From assembly GCA_043814545.1 (NCBI GenBank), contig JBDRJY010000004.1, forward strand, positions 10,788 to 74,787: DNA of 64,000 nucleotides, given 5' to 3'. The translations under genes were made by a program, and so were the position numbers. The notes beneath the pieces are model-generated. The model did not search any database, was not told the origin of the DNA, and saw only the letters and a program-made list of their open reading frames with translations. The stretch is from an archaeon. GTDB taxonomy: Archaea; Nanobdellota; Nanobdellia; SCGC-AAA011-G17; GW2011-AR17. Of this stretch, positions 1 through 8,958 are shown one piece after another (position 1 is the stretch's first letter; each line of letters opens with the position of its first letter).

Positions 1-2
1 GT

Positions 3-55
3 GCAAGTTTGACGTCTAGAAACTTGCTGTCTTTAGACATGTATTGTCAAAGACA
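3..55 (+). promoter_or_regulatory. Two adjacent stem-loops in the leader upstream of rpl3
   Basis: 3-10 GCAAGTTT pairs perfectly with 20-27 AAACTTGC (9-nt loop). 28-39 TGTCTTTAGACA pairs with 45-55 TGTCAAAGACA (11 bp, one bulged A, 5-nt loop). An AGGTG SD lies at 78-82 and the ATG at 91. Function unknown; it could also be the 3' end of an upstream transcript cut by the window edge. Confidence 0.3.
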
Positions 56-90
56 CTGGAAACATAACGGCAATTACAGGTGTAATAACT

Positions 91-1062
91 ATGGCTAACC
101 CACACCATCCACATAGAGGAAGTTTGCAATATTGGCCGCGAAAAAGGGCTAAACGATCTTATGCTAGAGTGAACTCTTGGCCGTCGACAAACGATCCTAA
201 ACTTTTAGGTTTCATTGGTTATAAAGTGGGAATGACTCACGTTGCTGGCACAACAATATTTCCTAATTCTTTAAAGGAAAGTGACGGTGCAAATTATGCT
301 GCGACAATCATTGAATGTCCGCCCCTAAAATCTTATTCTTTACGTTTCTACAAAAAAACTTACGATGGTATAATTCTTGTTTCTGAATTTTTCACAAAAA
401 AAATTGATAAAGAATTGAAAAGGAAAATCAAACCGTCAAAGAAAGAAGGGTCTATCCCTGAAGAGTTTGACTTTTTACGATTAGTTGTTTATACTCAACC
501 TAAACTTTCTGGAGTTAATAAGAAAAAACCTGAGTTAATTGAAATTGAAATTGGTGGTAAAGATAATGCTGCTAAATTAGATTTTGCTAAAGGCTTGTTA
601 GAAACTGAAATTAAAATTTCTGATGTTTTCAAAGAAGGTCAACAAATTGATGTTCATGGTATCACAAAAGGTAAAGGTTTTCAAGGTACAGTAAAAAGGT
701 TTGGTGTTAAGATTAGACAACACAAGTCTGAAAAAACTAAACGTGGTATTGGTAACTTAGGTGCATGGACACCTAAACGTGTAAGTTATACAGTGGCACA
801 GCCAGGTAAAATGGGTTTCCATTTACGTACTGATTTTAATAAAGTATGCCTAAAATTAGGTAACGATCCTAAAGAAGTTAACCAAGACGGAGGTTTTTTA
901 CGTTATGGTTTGGTTAAATCTGATTATATTATATTGAAAGGTTCAGTCATGGGCCCGACAAAACGTGCAATCACAATGGTTGGCGCAACAAGACCTAGCA
1001 CTCGTAAGATGCAGGATCCAAAAATTTCGTACATAAGTACAAGTTCAAAACAAGGTAACTGA
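91..1062 (+). CDS. rpl3: Large-subunit ribosomal protein uL3
   Basis: HPHRGSLQYWPRKRA N-terminus and KGKGFQGTVKRFG motif. First gene of the conserved L3-L4-L23-L2 block. Confidence 0.97.
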   Translation: MANPHHPHRGSLQYWPRKRAKRSYARVNSWPSTNDPKLLGFIGYKVGMTHVAGTTIFPNSLKESDGANYAATIIECPPLKSYSLRFYKKTYDGIILVSEFFTKKIDKELKRKIKPSKKEGSIPEEFDFLRLVVYTQPKLSGVNKKKPELIEIEIGGKDNAAKLDFAKGLLETEIKISDVFKEGQQIDVHGITKGKGFQGTVKRFGVKIRQHKSEKTKRGIGNLGAWTPKRVSYTVAQPGKMGFHLRTDFNKVCLKLGNDPKEVNQDGGFLRYGLVKSDYIILKGSVMGPTKRAITMVGATRPSTRKMQDPKISYISTSSKQGN

Positions 1063-1064
1063 AA

Positions 1065-1910
1065 ATGAAAGCAAATTTAGTTGATTTAACAGGGAAAAAA
1101 GTTAAGGAAATAGAGTTACCTAGCCAGTTTGATTCAGATTATCGTCCTGACTTAATTAAACGTGCAGTTTTAGCAATTCAATCTCATCTTCGTCAAGCAT
1201 ACGGCGCTAAGGAAGGTGCAGGTATGCGACATTCCGCTGAATTGTCTAGGCGTAGAAGAAAATATCGTGGTTCATATGGTAAAGGTATTTCTCGTGTGCC
1301 AAGAAAGATTATGACTAGGCGTGGTACACAGTTTAATTGGACAGCTGCTTTAGCACCATGTGTTGTTGGTGGTAGGAGAGCTCATCCGCCGAAGGCAGAG
1401 AAAGTATATGCTCAAAAAATCAATATTACTGAAAGACGTTATGCAATAAGGTCAGCAATTGCAGCTACAGTAGACAAGAAACTTGTAGCAAAACGTGGAC
1501 ATATTATTCCTGATACATATCCTTTTGTTATTGACACTAAATTTGAAGCTGTAAAAAAAACTGCTGAAGCTAAAAAAGTTTTATCTGCTTTAGGTTTAGA
1601 TAAAGAACTTGAACGAGCATCTGTTAAAACTGTTCGGGCAGGTAAAGGTAAAAACCGTAGTAGAAGATACAAAAGACGTACAGGTCCTTTGATTGTTGTA
1701 TCAAATAAATGTGACTTGAACAAATCATTGTTTAATGTTCCTGGAATTGACATAATTACTGTTGATTCAATCAATACAGAATTGTTAGCACCAGGTACAG
1801 CTCCTGGAAGGTTAACATTATGGACAGAAAAAGCTATTGAAAAGCTTGACAAAGAAAAACTATTTACTAATGTAAAAGTTTCGCATGCAAAAATTGAGGA
1901 TAAAAAATGA
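1065..1910 (+). CDS. rpl4: Large-subunit ribosomal protein uL4 (L4/L1e type)
   Basis: RRRRKYRGSYGKGISRVPR and RAGKGKNRSRRY motifs. Position directly after uL3. Confidence 0.95.
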   Translation: MKANLVDLTGKKVKEIELPSQFDSDYRPDLIKRAVLAIQSHLRQAYGAKEGAGMRHSAELSRRRRKYRGSYGKGISRVPRKIMTRRGTQFNWTAALAPCVVGGRRAHPPKAEKVYAQKINITERRYAIRSAIAATVDKKLVAKRGHIIPDTYPFVIDTKFEAVKKTAEAKKVLSALGLDKELERASVKTVRAGKGKNRSRRYKRRTGPLIVVSNKCDLNKSLFNVPGIDIITVDSINTELLAPGTAPGRLTLWTEKAIEKLDKEKLFTNVKVSHAKIEDKK

Positions 1911-2167
1911 AATCTTATCAAATTTTAAAATATCCAAAAACTACAGAGAAAGCTGTTAAGATTATGGAAGCGGAAAACAAACTTATGTTTATTGTAGATA
2001 GAAAAGCTACCAAGCCACAAATTAAGAAAGCTGTTGAGGAAGAATTCAAGGTTAAAGTCTTGAAAGTTAACACTTTAATTATGCCAACTGGTGAAAAGAA
2101 AGCTTACTTAAAACTTTCAATGGAAACACCAGCTATTGATGTTATCACAAAATTAGGTTTAATGTAA
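1907..2167 (+). CDS. rpl23: Large-subunit ribosomal protein uL23
   Basis: 86 aa with KTTEKAVKIMEAENKLMFIVDRKATKPQIKKAVEE. 4-nt overlap with rpl4; conserved operon position. Confidence 0.95.
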   Translation: MKSYQILKYPKTTEKAVKIMEAENKLMFIVDRKATKPQIKKAVEEEFKVKVLKVNTLIMPTGEKKAYLKLSMETPAIDVITKLGLM

Positions 2168-2168
2168 A

Positions 2169-2897
2169 ATGGGTAAACGAATAATAACGCAAAGGCGAGG
2201 ACGAGGAACATTCACGTATTGTTCACCTAGCCATCGGTTTAAAGGTGCGTTAAAACATCGTAAATTAGATGACAACGAAAAAAATGATGTTGTTTACGGT
2301 AAAGTTTCCGATTTAGTACATTGTCCTGGACATTCTGCTCCTTTAGCTAAGATTAAATATGAAAATAAAGAAGAAGTTCTTATTGCTGCACCAGAAACAA
2401 TGAAAGTTAACGACATTGTAGCATCTGGTAATAAAGCACCGATTCAGGTAGGGAACACTACAATGTTACGTAACATTCCTGAGGGTACTTACATTTACAA
2501 TATTGAAGCAATGTCTGGCGACGGCGGTAAATTTGTCCGTTGTTCAGGAACATTTGCACGTGTATTGATTAACAATGGCGAAAAAATCACAATCAAATTA
2601 CCTTCAAAGAAACAAAAAACTTTGTCAGCTAATTGCCGTGCAACAATTGGTGTTGTTGCTGGTGGTGGCAGGGTAGACAAACCGTTCTTGAAGGCAGGAA
2701 AAAAGATGCATGCTATGCGTGCTCGTAACAAACTTTACCCACGTACATCTGGTGTTGCTATGAATGCAGTAGACCATCCGTTCGGTTCAGGACGTGGTCG
2801 ACACGTAGGTAAACATAAGATTGCTCCAAGGTTCGCTCCAGCAGGACGAAATGTTGGTTTAATCAAAGCAAGGAAAACAGGTAGAGGTGGCAAGTAA
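2169..2897 (+). CDS. rpl2: Large-subunit ribosomal protein uL2
   Basis: GVAMNAVDHPFGSGRGRH C-terminal motif and RGRGTFTY N-terminus. Operon position. Confidence 0.97.
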   Translation: MGKRIITQRRGRGTFTYCSPSHRFKGALKHRKLDDNEKNDVVYGKVSDLVHCPGHSAPLAKIKYENKEEVLIAAPETMKVNDIVASGNKAPIQVGNTTMLRNIPEGTYIYNIEAMSGDGGKFVRCSGTFARVLINNGEKITIKLPSKKQKTLSANCRATIGVVAGGGRVDKPFLKAGKKMHAMRARNKLYPRTSGVAMNAVDHPFGSGRGRHVGKHKIAPRFAPAGRNVGLIKARKTGRGGK

Positions 2898-2899
2898 AT

Positions 2900-3298
2900 A
2901 TGGCAAAGAAAGAATTATTATTCCACGGGAAAAATTTGGAAGAGTTAAAGAAAATTAGTATTCAGGACTTTGCAAAGTTAGTTCCTGCAAGACAACGTAG
3001 ATCATTGACTCGCGGTTTTACTGATCAACAAAAACGTTTACTATTGAAAATTCAAAAGTTTAAAGAAGGCAAAATAAAAAAACCTGTTAAAACTCACGTT
3101 CGTGACATGATTATTTTACCAGAGATGGTAGGAATAATGATTAATGTTCATAACGGTAAAGCTTTCGTTCCAATTAGTATTACAGAAGAAATGTTAGGTC
3201 ATTACTTGGCAGAGTTCCGTATGACTAGGAATAAAGTTTCGCACTCTTCACCAGGTATTGGTGCAACCAAATCAAGTGCAAGTGCATCAGTGAAATAA
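2900..3298 (+). CDS. rps19: Small-subunit ribosomal protein uS19
   Basis: MLGHYLAEFRMTRNKVSHSSPGIGATKSS motif. Operon position. Confidence 0.95.
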   Translation: MAKKELLFHGKNLEELKKISIQDFAKLVPARQRRSLTRGFTDQQKRLLLKIQKFKEGKIKKPVKTHVRDMIILPEMVGIMINVHNGKAFVPISITEEMLGHYLAEFRMTRNKVSHSSPGIGATKSSASASVK

Positions 3299-3300
3299 AA

Positions 3301-3876
3301 ATGGAAAAAAACGATAACACAGCAAAAGTATTGGGCAGGAACTTACCTATCTCAACTAAACAGTCAATTGAGATTGGCACTTTTATTAAAGGTAAGACTA
3401 TTGCTAAAGCAAAAATAATGTTGGCAAATGTTATTGCAAAAAAAGTTGCTGTACCTTTTACACGTTTCAATAAAGACATGGGACACAAGAAAGGTAACAT
3501 TGCTGCAGGTCGTTATCCTATAAATGCTTCAACTGAAGTATTAAACCTTTTAAATTCAGCCGAATCAAACGCTGCAAATAAGGGTTTGGGTTCAGACTTA
3601 TTTATTAAAATGTTTGTTGCTAATCAAGGCACTGGCCAATGGCATTATGGTAGACAACGTCGGCGTAGAATGAAAAGAACTCATATTGAAATTATTGTTG
3701 AAGAAATGAAAAAGAAACAGAAACCAAAACAAAAAACTTCAAAGGTGGAAACAAAAGAAACACCTGAGGCAAAAGTAACATCTAAGGAACAATTGAAAAA
3801 AACTCCTAAGGTTGAAAAAAAAGAAAAAATACAAAAAGCTGAAAGCAAAGCTCAAAAAGAGGAAATTAAAAAATGA
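3301..3876 (+). CDS. rpl22: Large-subunit ribosomal protein uL22 with Lys-rich C-terminal extension
   Basis: NLPISTKQSIEIGTFIKGK and AAGRYPINASTEVLNLLNSAESNA core. About 55 aa of K/E/T-rich tail follows the globular domain. Confidence 0.9.
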   Translation: MEKNDNTAKVLGRNLPISTKQSIEIGTFIKGKTIAKAKIMLANVIAKKVAVPFTRFNKDMGHKKGNIAAGRYPINASTEVLNLLNSAESNAANKGLGSDLFIKMFVANQGTGQWHYGRQRRRRMKRTHIEIIVEEMKKKQKPKQKTSKVETKETPEAKVTSKEQLKKTPKVEKKEKIQKAESKAQKEEIKK

Positions 3877-4613
3877 TTGAAAGAAAATTTGTTGCGGAAA
3901 ATGTAAGATTGTTCCAGGTAAAGAGCTTTATAGTCCAAAAGTTAGGCCTAGGAAAGATTGGCAACTTTGAAATTAAGAAAACTCCGTTAGGTGAAAAAAT
4001 TATAATCTATACAGCACGACCAGGTTTAGTTGTAGGTCGTAAAGGTGAAAATATTAGAGAACTTACAAAAGTTTTAAAAAGTAAATTCAAAATGGAAAAT
4101 CCTCAGATAGAAGTATCTGAAATTGAAAGTCCTGACTTGGATGCTCAAACTGTTGCTGAACAAATTGTAAATGTTTTAGAAAGGTTCGGACCAAAAAGGT
4201 TTAAAGCTACAGGCTACAGAACATTGCAAAGAATAATTGACGCTGGTGCTTTAGGTGCAGAGATTGTTATTAGTGGTAGAGGTTTACCGAGCACACGTGC
4301 AAAGACATGGCGATTTTATGCTGGTTATTTGAAGAAGTCCGGCGACATTGCAATGAATCATATTCGTAAAGGTTTGGCAATTGCAAATTTAAAATCAGGT
4401 TCAATTGGTATCAAAGTTTCAATTTTAACAAAAGATGTTATCCTTCCTGACACAGTAGAAATTTATGAATTAACTAAAAAAACTGAAATTCAAGTTGAAG
4501 AAGTTAAAGAAACTGAAGAAGTTAAAGAAAAGAAAGAAGTTAAGGAAAAGAAGAAAAAACCTGTTAAGAAAACAACAAAAAAAACTCCTAAGAAAAAGGA
4601 AGATAAAAAATGA
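3873..4613 (+). CDS. rps3: Small-subunit ribosomal protein uS3 with K/E-rich tail
   Basis: KH-domain core (TPLGEKIIIYTARPGLVVGRKGENIRELT) and GAEIVISGRGLPSTRAKTWRF. ATGA overlap with rpl22. Confidence 0.95.
   Translation: MIERKFVAENVRLFQVKSFIVQKLGLGKIGNFEIKKTPLGEKIIIYTARPGLVVGRKGENIRELTKVLKSKFKMENPQIEVSEIESPDLDAQTVAEQIVNVLERFGPKRFKATGYRTLQRIIDAGALGAEIVISGRGLPSTRAKTWRFYAGYLKKSGDIAMNHIRKGLAIANLKSGSIGIKVSILTKDVILPDTVEIYELTKKTEIQVEEVKETEEVKEKKEVKEKKKKPVKKTTKKTPKKKEDKK
4497..4550 (+). repeat. 18-bp tandem repeat x3 inside the rps3 tail
   Basis: Three units: GAAGAAGTTAAAGAAACT, GAAGAAGTTAAAGAAAAG, AAAGAAGTTAAGGAAAAG. They encode EEVKET, EEVKEK and KEVKEK. Confidence 0.75.
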
Positions 4614-4837
4614 TTAAAATTAAAGCGCGCGAATTAAGGAAAATGAACGATGCTCAGTTAAATGAAAAGATGGTACAGTTCAGGAAAGAACTTATTAGTC
4701 TTAACGCCCAGATTGCCGTCGGTACAGCACCTGAGAAACCATCGCGTGTGCGCGAAATTAAAAAGAATATTGCACGTATTATTATGATTCAACATTTGAA
4801 TAAAAAATCGAAAATGGAGGTGCAGCAAAAGAAATGA
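4610..4837 (+). CDS. rpl29: Large-subunit ribosomal protein uL29
   Basis: 75 aa with ELRKMNDAQLNEKMVQFRKELISLNAQ, typical of uL29. Follows uS3 with an ATGA overlap. Confidence 0.9.
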   Translation: MIKIKARELRKMNDAQLNEKMVQFRKELISLNAQIAVGTAPEKPSRVREIKKNIARIIMIQHLNKKSKMEVQQKK

Positions 4838-5145
4838 GTGGAGTTTGCCCAAAGTGTGGTTTACCTCAAGACTTGTGTGTCTGTGAGACGATAGCTAAGG
4901 AAGGCCAGAAAATTGAGATTAAAGTTGTCAAACGAAAGTTTGGAAAACTGATTACTCTGGTTGAAGGTATCAACGACAAGAACATCGACATTAAGGATTT
5001 GGCGAAAAAGCTTAAGTCAAAACTTGCATGCGGTGGGACTGCCAAAGGAAACACAGTTGAATTACAAGGGAATCATGCGGCAAAAGTTAAGCAGTACCTG
5101 ATTGAACTTGGGTTCCCAGCAGAAACAATAGACGTGAAGGTATAA
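4834..5145 (+). CDS. sui1: Translation initiation factor aSUI1 (eIF1 homologue)
   Basis: N-terminal CPKCG...CVC zinc knuckle plus a SUI1 core (KFGKLITLVEG, KLACGGTAKGNTVELQGNH). Usual archaeal position between uL29 and Rpp29. Confidence 0.9.
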   Translation: MSGVCPKCGLPQDLCVCETIAKEGQKIEIKVVKRKFGKLITLVEGINDKNIDIKDLAKKLKSKLACGGTAKGNTVELQGNHAAKVKQYLIELGFPAETIDVKV

Positions 5146-5147
5146 AC

Positions 5148-5405
5148 ATGAACGCAAAAGACATACGCAAACACGAGCTTATCGGTTTGAAATGTGAAAT
5201 TGTTAACGCGTCAAACGCTTCATTGGTTGGGTGCAAAGGTACGATCGTCGATGAAACACGAAACACGATCATGCTCGATTGTGAGGGTCAAACAAAGACA
5301 ATCCTTAAGGAACAGGCGACCTTTAATATTAAAGTTGACGGTCAAGTTGTTCAAGTTGAAGGAAAAGATTTGGTTGCACGGCCTCATGACCGACTCAAAA
5401 AATAA
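5148..5405 (+). CDS. rnp1: RNase P protein component 1 (Rpp29/Pop4)
   Basis: ELIGLKCEIVNASNASLVGCKGTIVDETRNTIML and ARPHDRLKK match the archaeal Rpp29 Sm-like fold signature. Conserved position before uS17. Confidence 0.88.
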   Translation: MNAKDIRKHELIGLKCEIVNASNASLVGCKGTIVDETRNTIMLDCEGQTKTILKEQATFNIKVDGQVVQVEGKDLVARPHDRLKK

Positions 5406-5410
5406 GAAAA

Positions 5411-5740
5411 ATGGTAAAAACAAAAAATATCGGATTGGAAGTGGTTCCTCCTGAACAGGAATGTAAAGATGTACACTGTCCTTTTCACGGAACGAACGTT
5501 GTACGAGGCAGAGTTTTCGTAGGCGAAGTTACAAAGACTGACACTCATAGATCAGCTTCAGTAGCATGGCCTCGACAGTTTTATTTGCCTAAATATGAGA
5601 GGTACGAGAAACGTACTACTAAGATTAGAGTTCATAATCCTCCCTGTATTAATGCTCAAGCAGGTGAAAAAGTTAAGATTGCAGAGTGTAGGGCTATTAG
5701 TAAAACAAAGAACTTTGTAATAATTGAGAAAGTAAAATGA
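5411..5740 (+). CDS. rps17: Small-subunit ribosomal protein uS17
   Basis: CKDVHCPFHGTNVVRGRVFVGEVTK and KVKIAECRAISKTKNF motifs. Confidence 0.93.
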   Translation: MVKTKNIGLEVVPPEQECKDVHCPFHGTNVVRGRVFVGEVTKTDTHRSASVAWPRQFYLPKYERYEKRTTKIRVHNPPCINAQAGEKVKIAECRAISKTKNFVIIEKVK

Positions 5741-6138
5741 AAGCAATAAAAGCATACCCTTCAAGAGCGTTACCTATCGGTACTGTAATGGAAACTTGCG
5801 ACAATTCTGGTGCAAAAGTAGTTAAGTTAATATCAGTTCGTAAACTAAACACCACTAGGAGAAGGTTGCAGGAAGGTACGATTGGGGATTTGATAACTGT
5901 GTCAGTTGTGAAAGGTAAGCCAGATATGCGAAAAAAAGTTGTACTTGCTGTTATTGTAAGGCAAAAGAAATCATACAGACGACCTGATGGTACACGGTTA
6001 AGTTTCAGTGATAATTCAGTTGTTATAGTCAAAGATGTAAAAGGCAATCCAAAAGGAACAATATTTAAAGGAGCAATTGCCAAGGAAGCTACTGAAAGAT
6101 GGCCGGGTATTGCAAAAGTGGCAAGCATAGTGGTATAA
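5737..6138 (+). CDS. rpl14: Large-subunit ribosomal protein uL14
   Basis: TCDNSGAKVVKLISV, IGDLITVSVVKGKPDMRKKV and DNSVVIV motifs. Confidence 0.96.
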   Translation: MKAIKAYPSRALPIGTVMETCDNSGAKVVKLISVRKLNTTRRRLQEGTIGDLITVSVVKGKPDMRKKVVLAVIVRQKKSYRRPDGTRLSFSDNSVVIVKDVKGNPKGTIFKGAIAKEATERWPGIAKVASIVV

Positions 6139-6141
6139 AAA

Positions 6142-6555
6142 ATGAAAACAGAATGGTCAAAAACATGGAAGAGTAGCATTCAACCGCGTAAGCAAAGAAA
6201 ATACGTTCACAATGCAAATTTACATACTCGCCAGACTTTAATGCATACTCATCTTTCAAAAGAATTAAAAGTAAAATATGGTAAACGTAATTTTGGTTTG
6301 AAAGTTGGTGACAAAGTCAAGGTTTTAAGAGGCCAGTTTAAGAAAATTGAAGGGAAGGTTACAAAAGTTATGCTTAAGCAAAGTAAAGTTTATATTGAAG
6401 GTGTTGAAACTTTGAAAACTGATGGTAGTAAAACATTTTACCCGTTAACACCATCAAATTTAGTGATTACTGATTTAAATTTAAATGATAAAAAACGTAA
6501 AAATAAACTTGAGAAAAAATCTGAAGAAAAGAAAGTTGAGGAGAAGAAAAAATGA
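6142..6555 (+). CDS. rpl24: Large-subunit ribosomal protein uL24 (KOW) with K/E tail
   Basis: KOW motif GLKVGDKVKVLRGQFKKIEGKVTKV. Operon position. Confidence 0.9.
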   Translation: MKTEWSKTWKSSIQPRKQRKYVHNANLHTRQTLMHTHLSKELKVKYGKRNFGLKVGDKVKVLRGQFKKIEGKVTKVMLKQSKVYIEGVETLKTDGSKTFYPLTPSNLVITDLNLNDKKRKNKLEKKSEEKKVEEKKK

Positions 6556-7256
6556 CTAAAGGACATTTGTTAAGATTAAATTCACCTAAGGCTTGGCCTG
6601 TAAAAAGGAAAGGTATCACTTGGATAGCACGTGCACGGTCTGGTCCTCACACATTTCATTCATCTATGCCCTTAAGTGTTATAATGCGTGATATAATCAA
6701 ATGCGCTAAAACTTTGAAAGAAGTTAAAATTATTTTGAACAACAAAGGAGTTTTGGTTAACGGTGTTGTAGTAAGAGATCATAAACTGCCTGTAGGTTTG
6801 TTTGATACTATTGCGATTCCAAAGATTGATGAATATTATAGGATGATTTTGAACCATAACGCTTACTTGAATTTGAAAAAAATTGACAAGAATGAAGCTA
6901 ACCTTACTTTATTAAAAATTAAAAATAAAACTATGTTAAAAAATAAAAAATTACAATTAAACTTTACTAACGGTTTCAACTTGTTGGTTGACAAAGATGT
7001 TTACAAGTCAGGTGATACTTTATTATTTGATGTAGAGAAAAAACAAGTTAAAGAGCATTTGAAGTTTGATAAAGGCGCATTAGTTTATATTACTGCAGGT
7101 AAGAAGGCTAGCACTTTAGGAACTTATGAATCATTGCACGAGTTTAAAGGTTTAGTAAAAGATAACATTATAATCCAAACAAAAGACGCTAAGTTTGAAA
7201 CAAAGAAAAGTTATGCTTACGTTGTTGGTAAAACAAAACCAGTTATAGATTTATAA
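6552..7256 (+). CDS. rps4e: Small-subunit ribosomal protein eS4
   Basis: GHLLRLNSPKAWPVKRKGITWIARARSGPH N-terminus, typical of S4e. This is an archaea/eukaryote-specific protein. Confidence 0.93.
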   Translation: MTKGHLLRLNSPKAWPVKRKGITWIARARSGPHTFHSSMPLSVIMRDIIKCAKTLKEVKIILNNKGVLVNGVVVRDHKLPVGLFDTIAIPKIDEYYRMILNHNAYLNLKKIDKNEANLTLLKIKNKTMLKNKKLQLNFTNGFNLLVDKDVYKSGDTLLFDVEKKQVKEHLKFDKGALVYITAGKKASTLGTYESLHEFKGLVKDNIIIQTKDAKFETKKSYAYVVGKTKPVIDL

Positions 7257-7257
7257 A

Positions 7258-7773
7258 ATGGCAGACATGAAACAAATCAAAGTGGAGAAAGTTACCCTTA
7301 ACATGGGTGTTGGCGGTCCAGGACCAAACCTAGACAAAGCTATAAAACTTTTAGAAACAATCACTGGAAAAAAGCCAGTTACCACTAAAACAAAAAAACG
7401 TATTCCAACTTGGGGACTGCGTCCAGGTTTACCTATTGCTACTAAAGTAACTTTACGTGGTAAAGATGCTGAAGAATTATTGAAAAGATTGTTTGAAGCT
7501 CTTGAAAAAAGTATTAGCCCTAGACGGTTTGATAGCCAGGGAAACTTTTCATTTGGTATAAAAGAATATTTAGATATTCCTGGAATGACTTACATTATTG
7601 AGATAGGTATGATGGGTTTGGAAGTTGCTGTAACCTTGGCAAGACCTGGGTTCCGTATTAAAAAACGTAGGATTGGTTGTAAAAAAATTCCTACTCGTCA
7701 TAAAATAAGTAAAGAGGAGGCTATGAACTTTATCACTGAAACATATGGTGTTAAAGTTCAGAAGGGCGAATAA
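7258..7773 (+). CDS. rpl5: Large-subunit ribosomal protein uL5
   Basis: [28 protein letters not shown] and [14 protein letters not shown] motifs. Confidence 0.95.
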   Translation: MADMKQIKVEKVTLNMGVGGPGPNLDKAIKLLETITGKKPVTTKTKKRIPTWGLRPGLPIATKVTLRGKDAEELLKRLFEALEKSISPRRFDSQGNFSFGIKEYLDIPGMTYIIEIGMMGLEVAVTLARPGFRIKKRRIGCKKIPTRHKISKEEAMNFITETYGVKVQKGE

Positions 7774-7775
7774 AA

Positions 7776-8006
7776 ATGACAGCTGGAAGTTATAAAAAAG
7801 TGTTTAAACAATTGAAAGCTAAGCCAGTTAAACTAAAAAAGTTTTTGAAGCATAACGCTCCCAAAAAAAGAAAGTTTGGAATAAACTCAAGACCATGTCG
7901 ACATTGTGGCAGGGTTGGAGGTCATATTCAAAAATACGGCTTACATCTTTGTAGACAATGTTTCCGGGATTATGCTCATAAATTGGGCTTTAAAAAATTC
8001 CATTGA
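7776..8006 (+). CDS. rps14: Small-subunit ribosomal protein uS14 (zinc type) with basic N-terminal extension
   Basis: [35 protein letters not shown] (CxxC...CxxC). At 76 aa it is longer than I expect for an archaeal S14. Confidence 0.87.
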   Translation: MTAGSYKKVFKQLKAKPVKLKKFLKHNAPKKRKFGINSRPCRHCGRVGGHIQKYGLHLCRQCFRDYAHKLGFKKFH

Positions 8007-8017
8007 GGTATGAAAAA

Positions 8018-8407
8018 ATGTTGAATGATACATTGGCAACAGCGTTGTCAAATATACAAAATGCGACGAACGCAAGCAAAAAGGTTTGTATAGCTAGGCC
8101 TGCATCTAAAATGATCATGCAAGTATTACAAATTATGAAAGATAACCATTATGTTGGCGATTTTAAACTTATTGAAGACGGCTGTGGTAATATGATAGAA
8201 ATAAATTTAATTGGTGCTGTTAATAAATGTAAAGCAATCAAACCAAGATTATCATTTACTAACAATGATTACGAAAAATTTGAAAAAAGATTTTTGATTG
8301 CACACGGCATGGGTTTTATTTTAGTTACAACATCTCAGGGTGTAATGACTTTAGAACAAGCTCAAGAAAAATTAATTGGAGGCAAACTATTAGCGTTTGT
8401 ATACTAA
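8018..8407 (+). CDS. rps8: Small-subunit ribosomal protein uS8
   Basis: MLNDTLATALSNIQNA N-terminus. I prefer the ATG at 8018 (GAGGT SD at 8005-8009) over the TTG at 8003 used by the ORF track. Confidence 0.92.
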   Translation: MLNDTLATALSNIQNATNASKKVCIARPASKMIMQVLQIMKDNHYVGDFKLIEDGCGNMIEINLIGAVNKCKAIKPRLSFTNNDYEKFEKRFLIAHGMGFILVTTSQGVMTLEQAQEKLIGGKLLAFVY

Positions 8408-8409
8408 AA

Positions 8410-8958
8410 ATGTTTCCCAAAGAAAGGTTAAGAAAAGAAATTGAAATACCAGAAGGTGTACAAGTTATAATAGATGGTAAAACAGTTAAAGTAATTGGCC
8501 CAGTTGGTGAAGTTCAAAGAATTTTAGCTTATCCTACTTTAGAAATTAAAATTGAAGGTAACAAAGTTATGTTTGAACCAAAAGTATTTTCTAAGAAAGA
8601 AAAAATGATTATAAACACTTTTGTTGCTCACGTTAACAATATGATACAAGGAACGCAAGAACCTTTTGTTTACAAGTTAAAAATTGCATCAAGCCACTTT
8701 CCAATGAATGTAACTCTTCAAGGTAAAGAAGTTGTTATAAAAAACTTTTTTGGTGAAAAAATTCCGAGAAGAGCTAGGATTATGGAAGGTGTCAAAGTTG
8801 AAATTTCAGGTGATATAATTACAGTTACTGCTAACAATAGAGAAGCTGCAGGACAAACAGCAGCTAATTTAGAACAATCCACTCGTATAACAAATAGGGA
8901 CAGGCGTGTGTTCCAGGACGGAATTTGGATAACTGAAAAAGCAGGGAAACAAATGTGA
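8410..8958 (+). CDS. rpl6: Large-subunit ribosomal protein uL6
   Basis: Two-domain uL6 pattern (IPEGVQVIIDGKTVKVIGPVG; SHFPMNVTLQGKEVVIKNFFGEK). Confidence 0.95.
   Translation: MFPKERLRKEIEIPEGVQVIIDGKTVKVIGPVGEVQRILAYPTLEIKIEGNKVMFEPKVFSKKEKMIINTFVAHVNNMIQGTQEPFVYKLKIASSHFPMNVTLQGKEVVIKNFFGEKIPRRARIMEGVKVEISGDIITVTANNREAAGQTAANLEQSTRITNRDRRVFQDGIWITEKAGKQM

Noticed and set aside
1439-1921. 160-aa minus-strand ORF inside rpl4. Similar antisense or alternative-frame ORFs occur at 2495-2731, 3225-3500, 4658-4852, 4866-5054, 5087-5272, 5220-5423, 5558-5764, 5697-6179, 6672-6857, 10736-10927, 10934-11215 and 12249-12593.
   Set aside because: All lie fully within strongly supported ribosomal protein or secY genes. 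They have low-complexity or hydrophobic shadow-frame composition, and no SD or promoter box.
5194-5454. 86-aa plus-strand ORF in an alternative frame over the Rpp29 gene.
   Set aside because: It overlaps rnp1 and the uS17 start. Its product is an Arg/Lys-rich frame-shadow with no homology signal. The rnp1 frame has clear family motifs.
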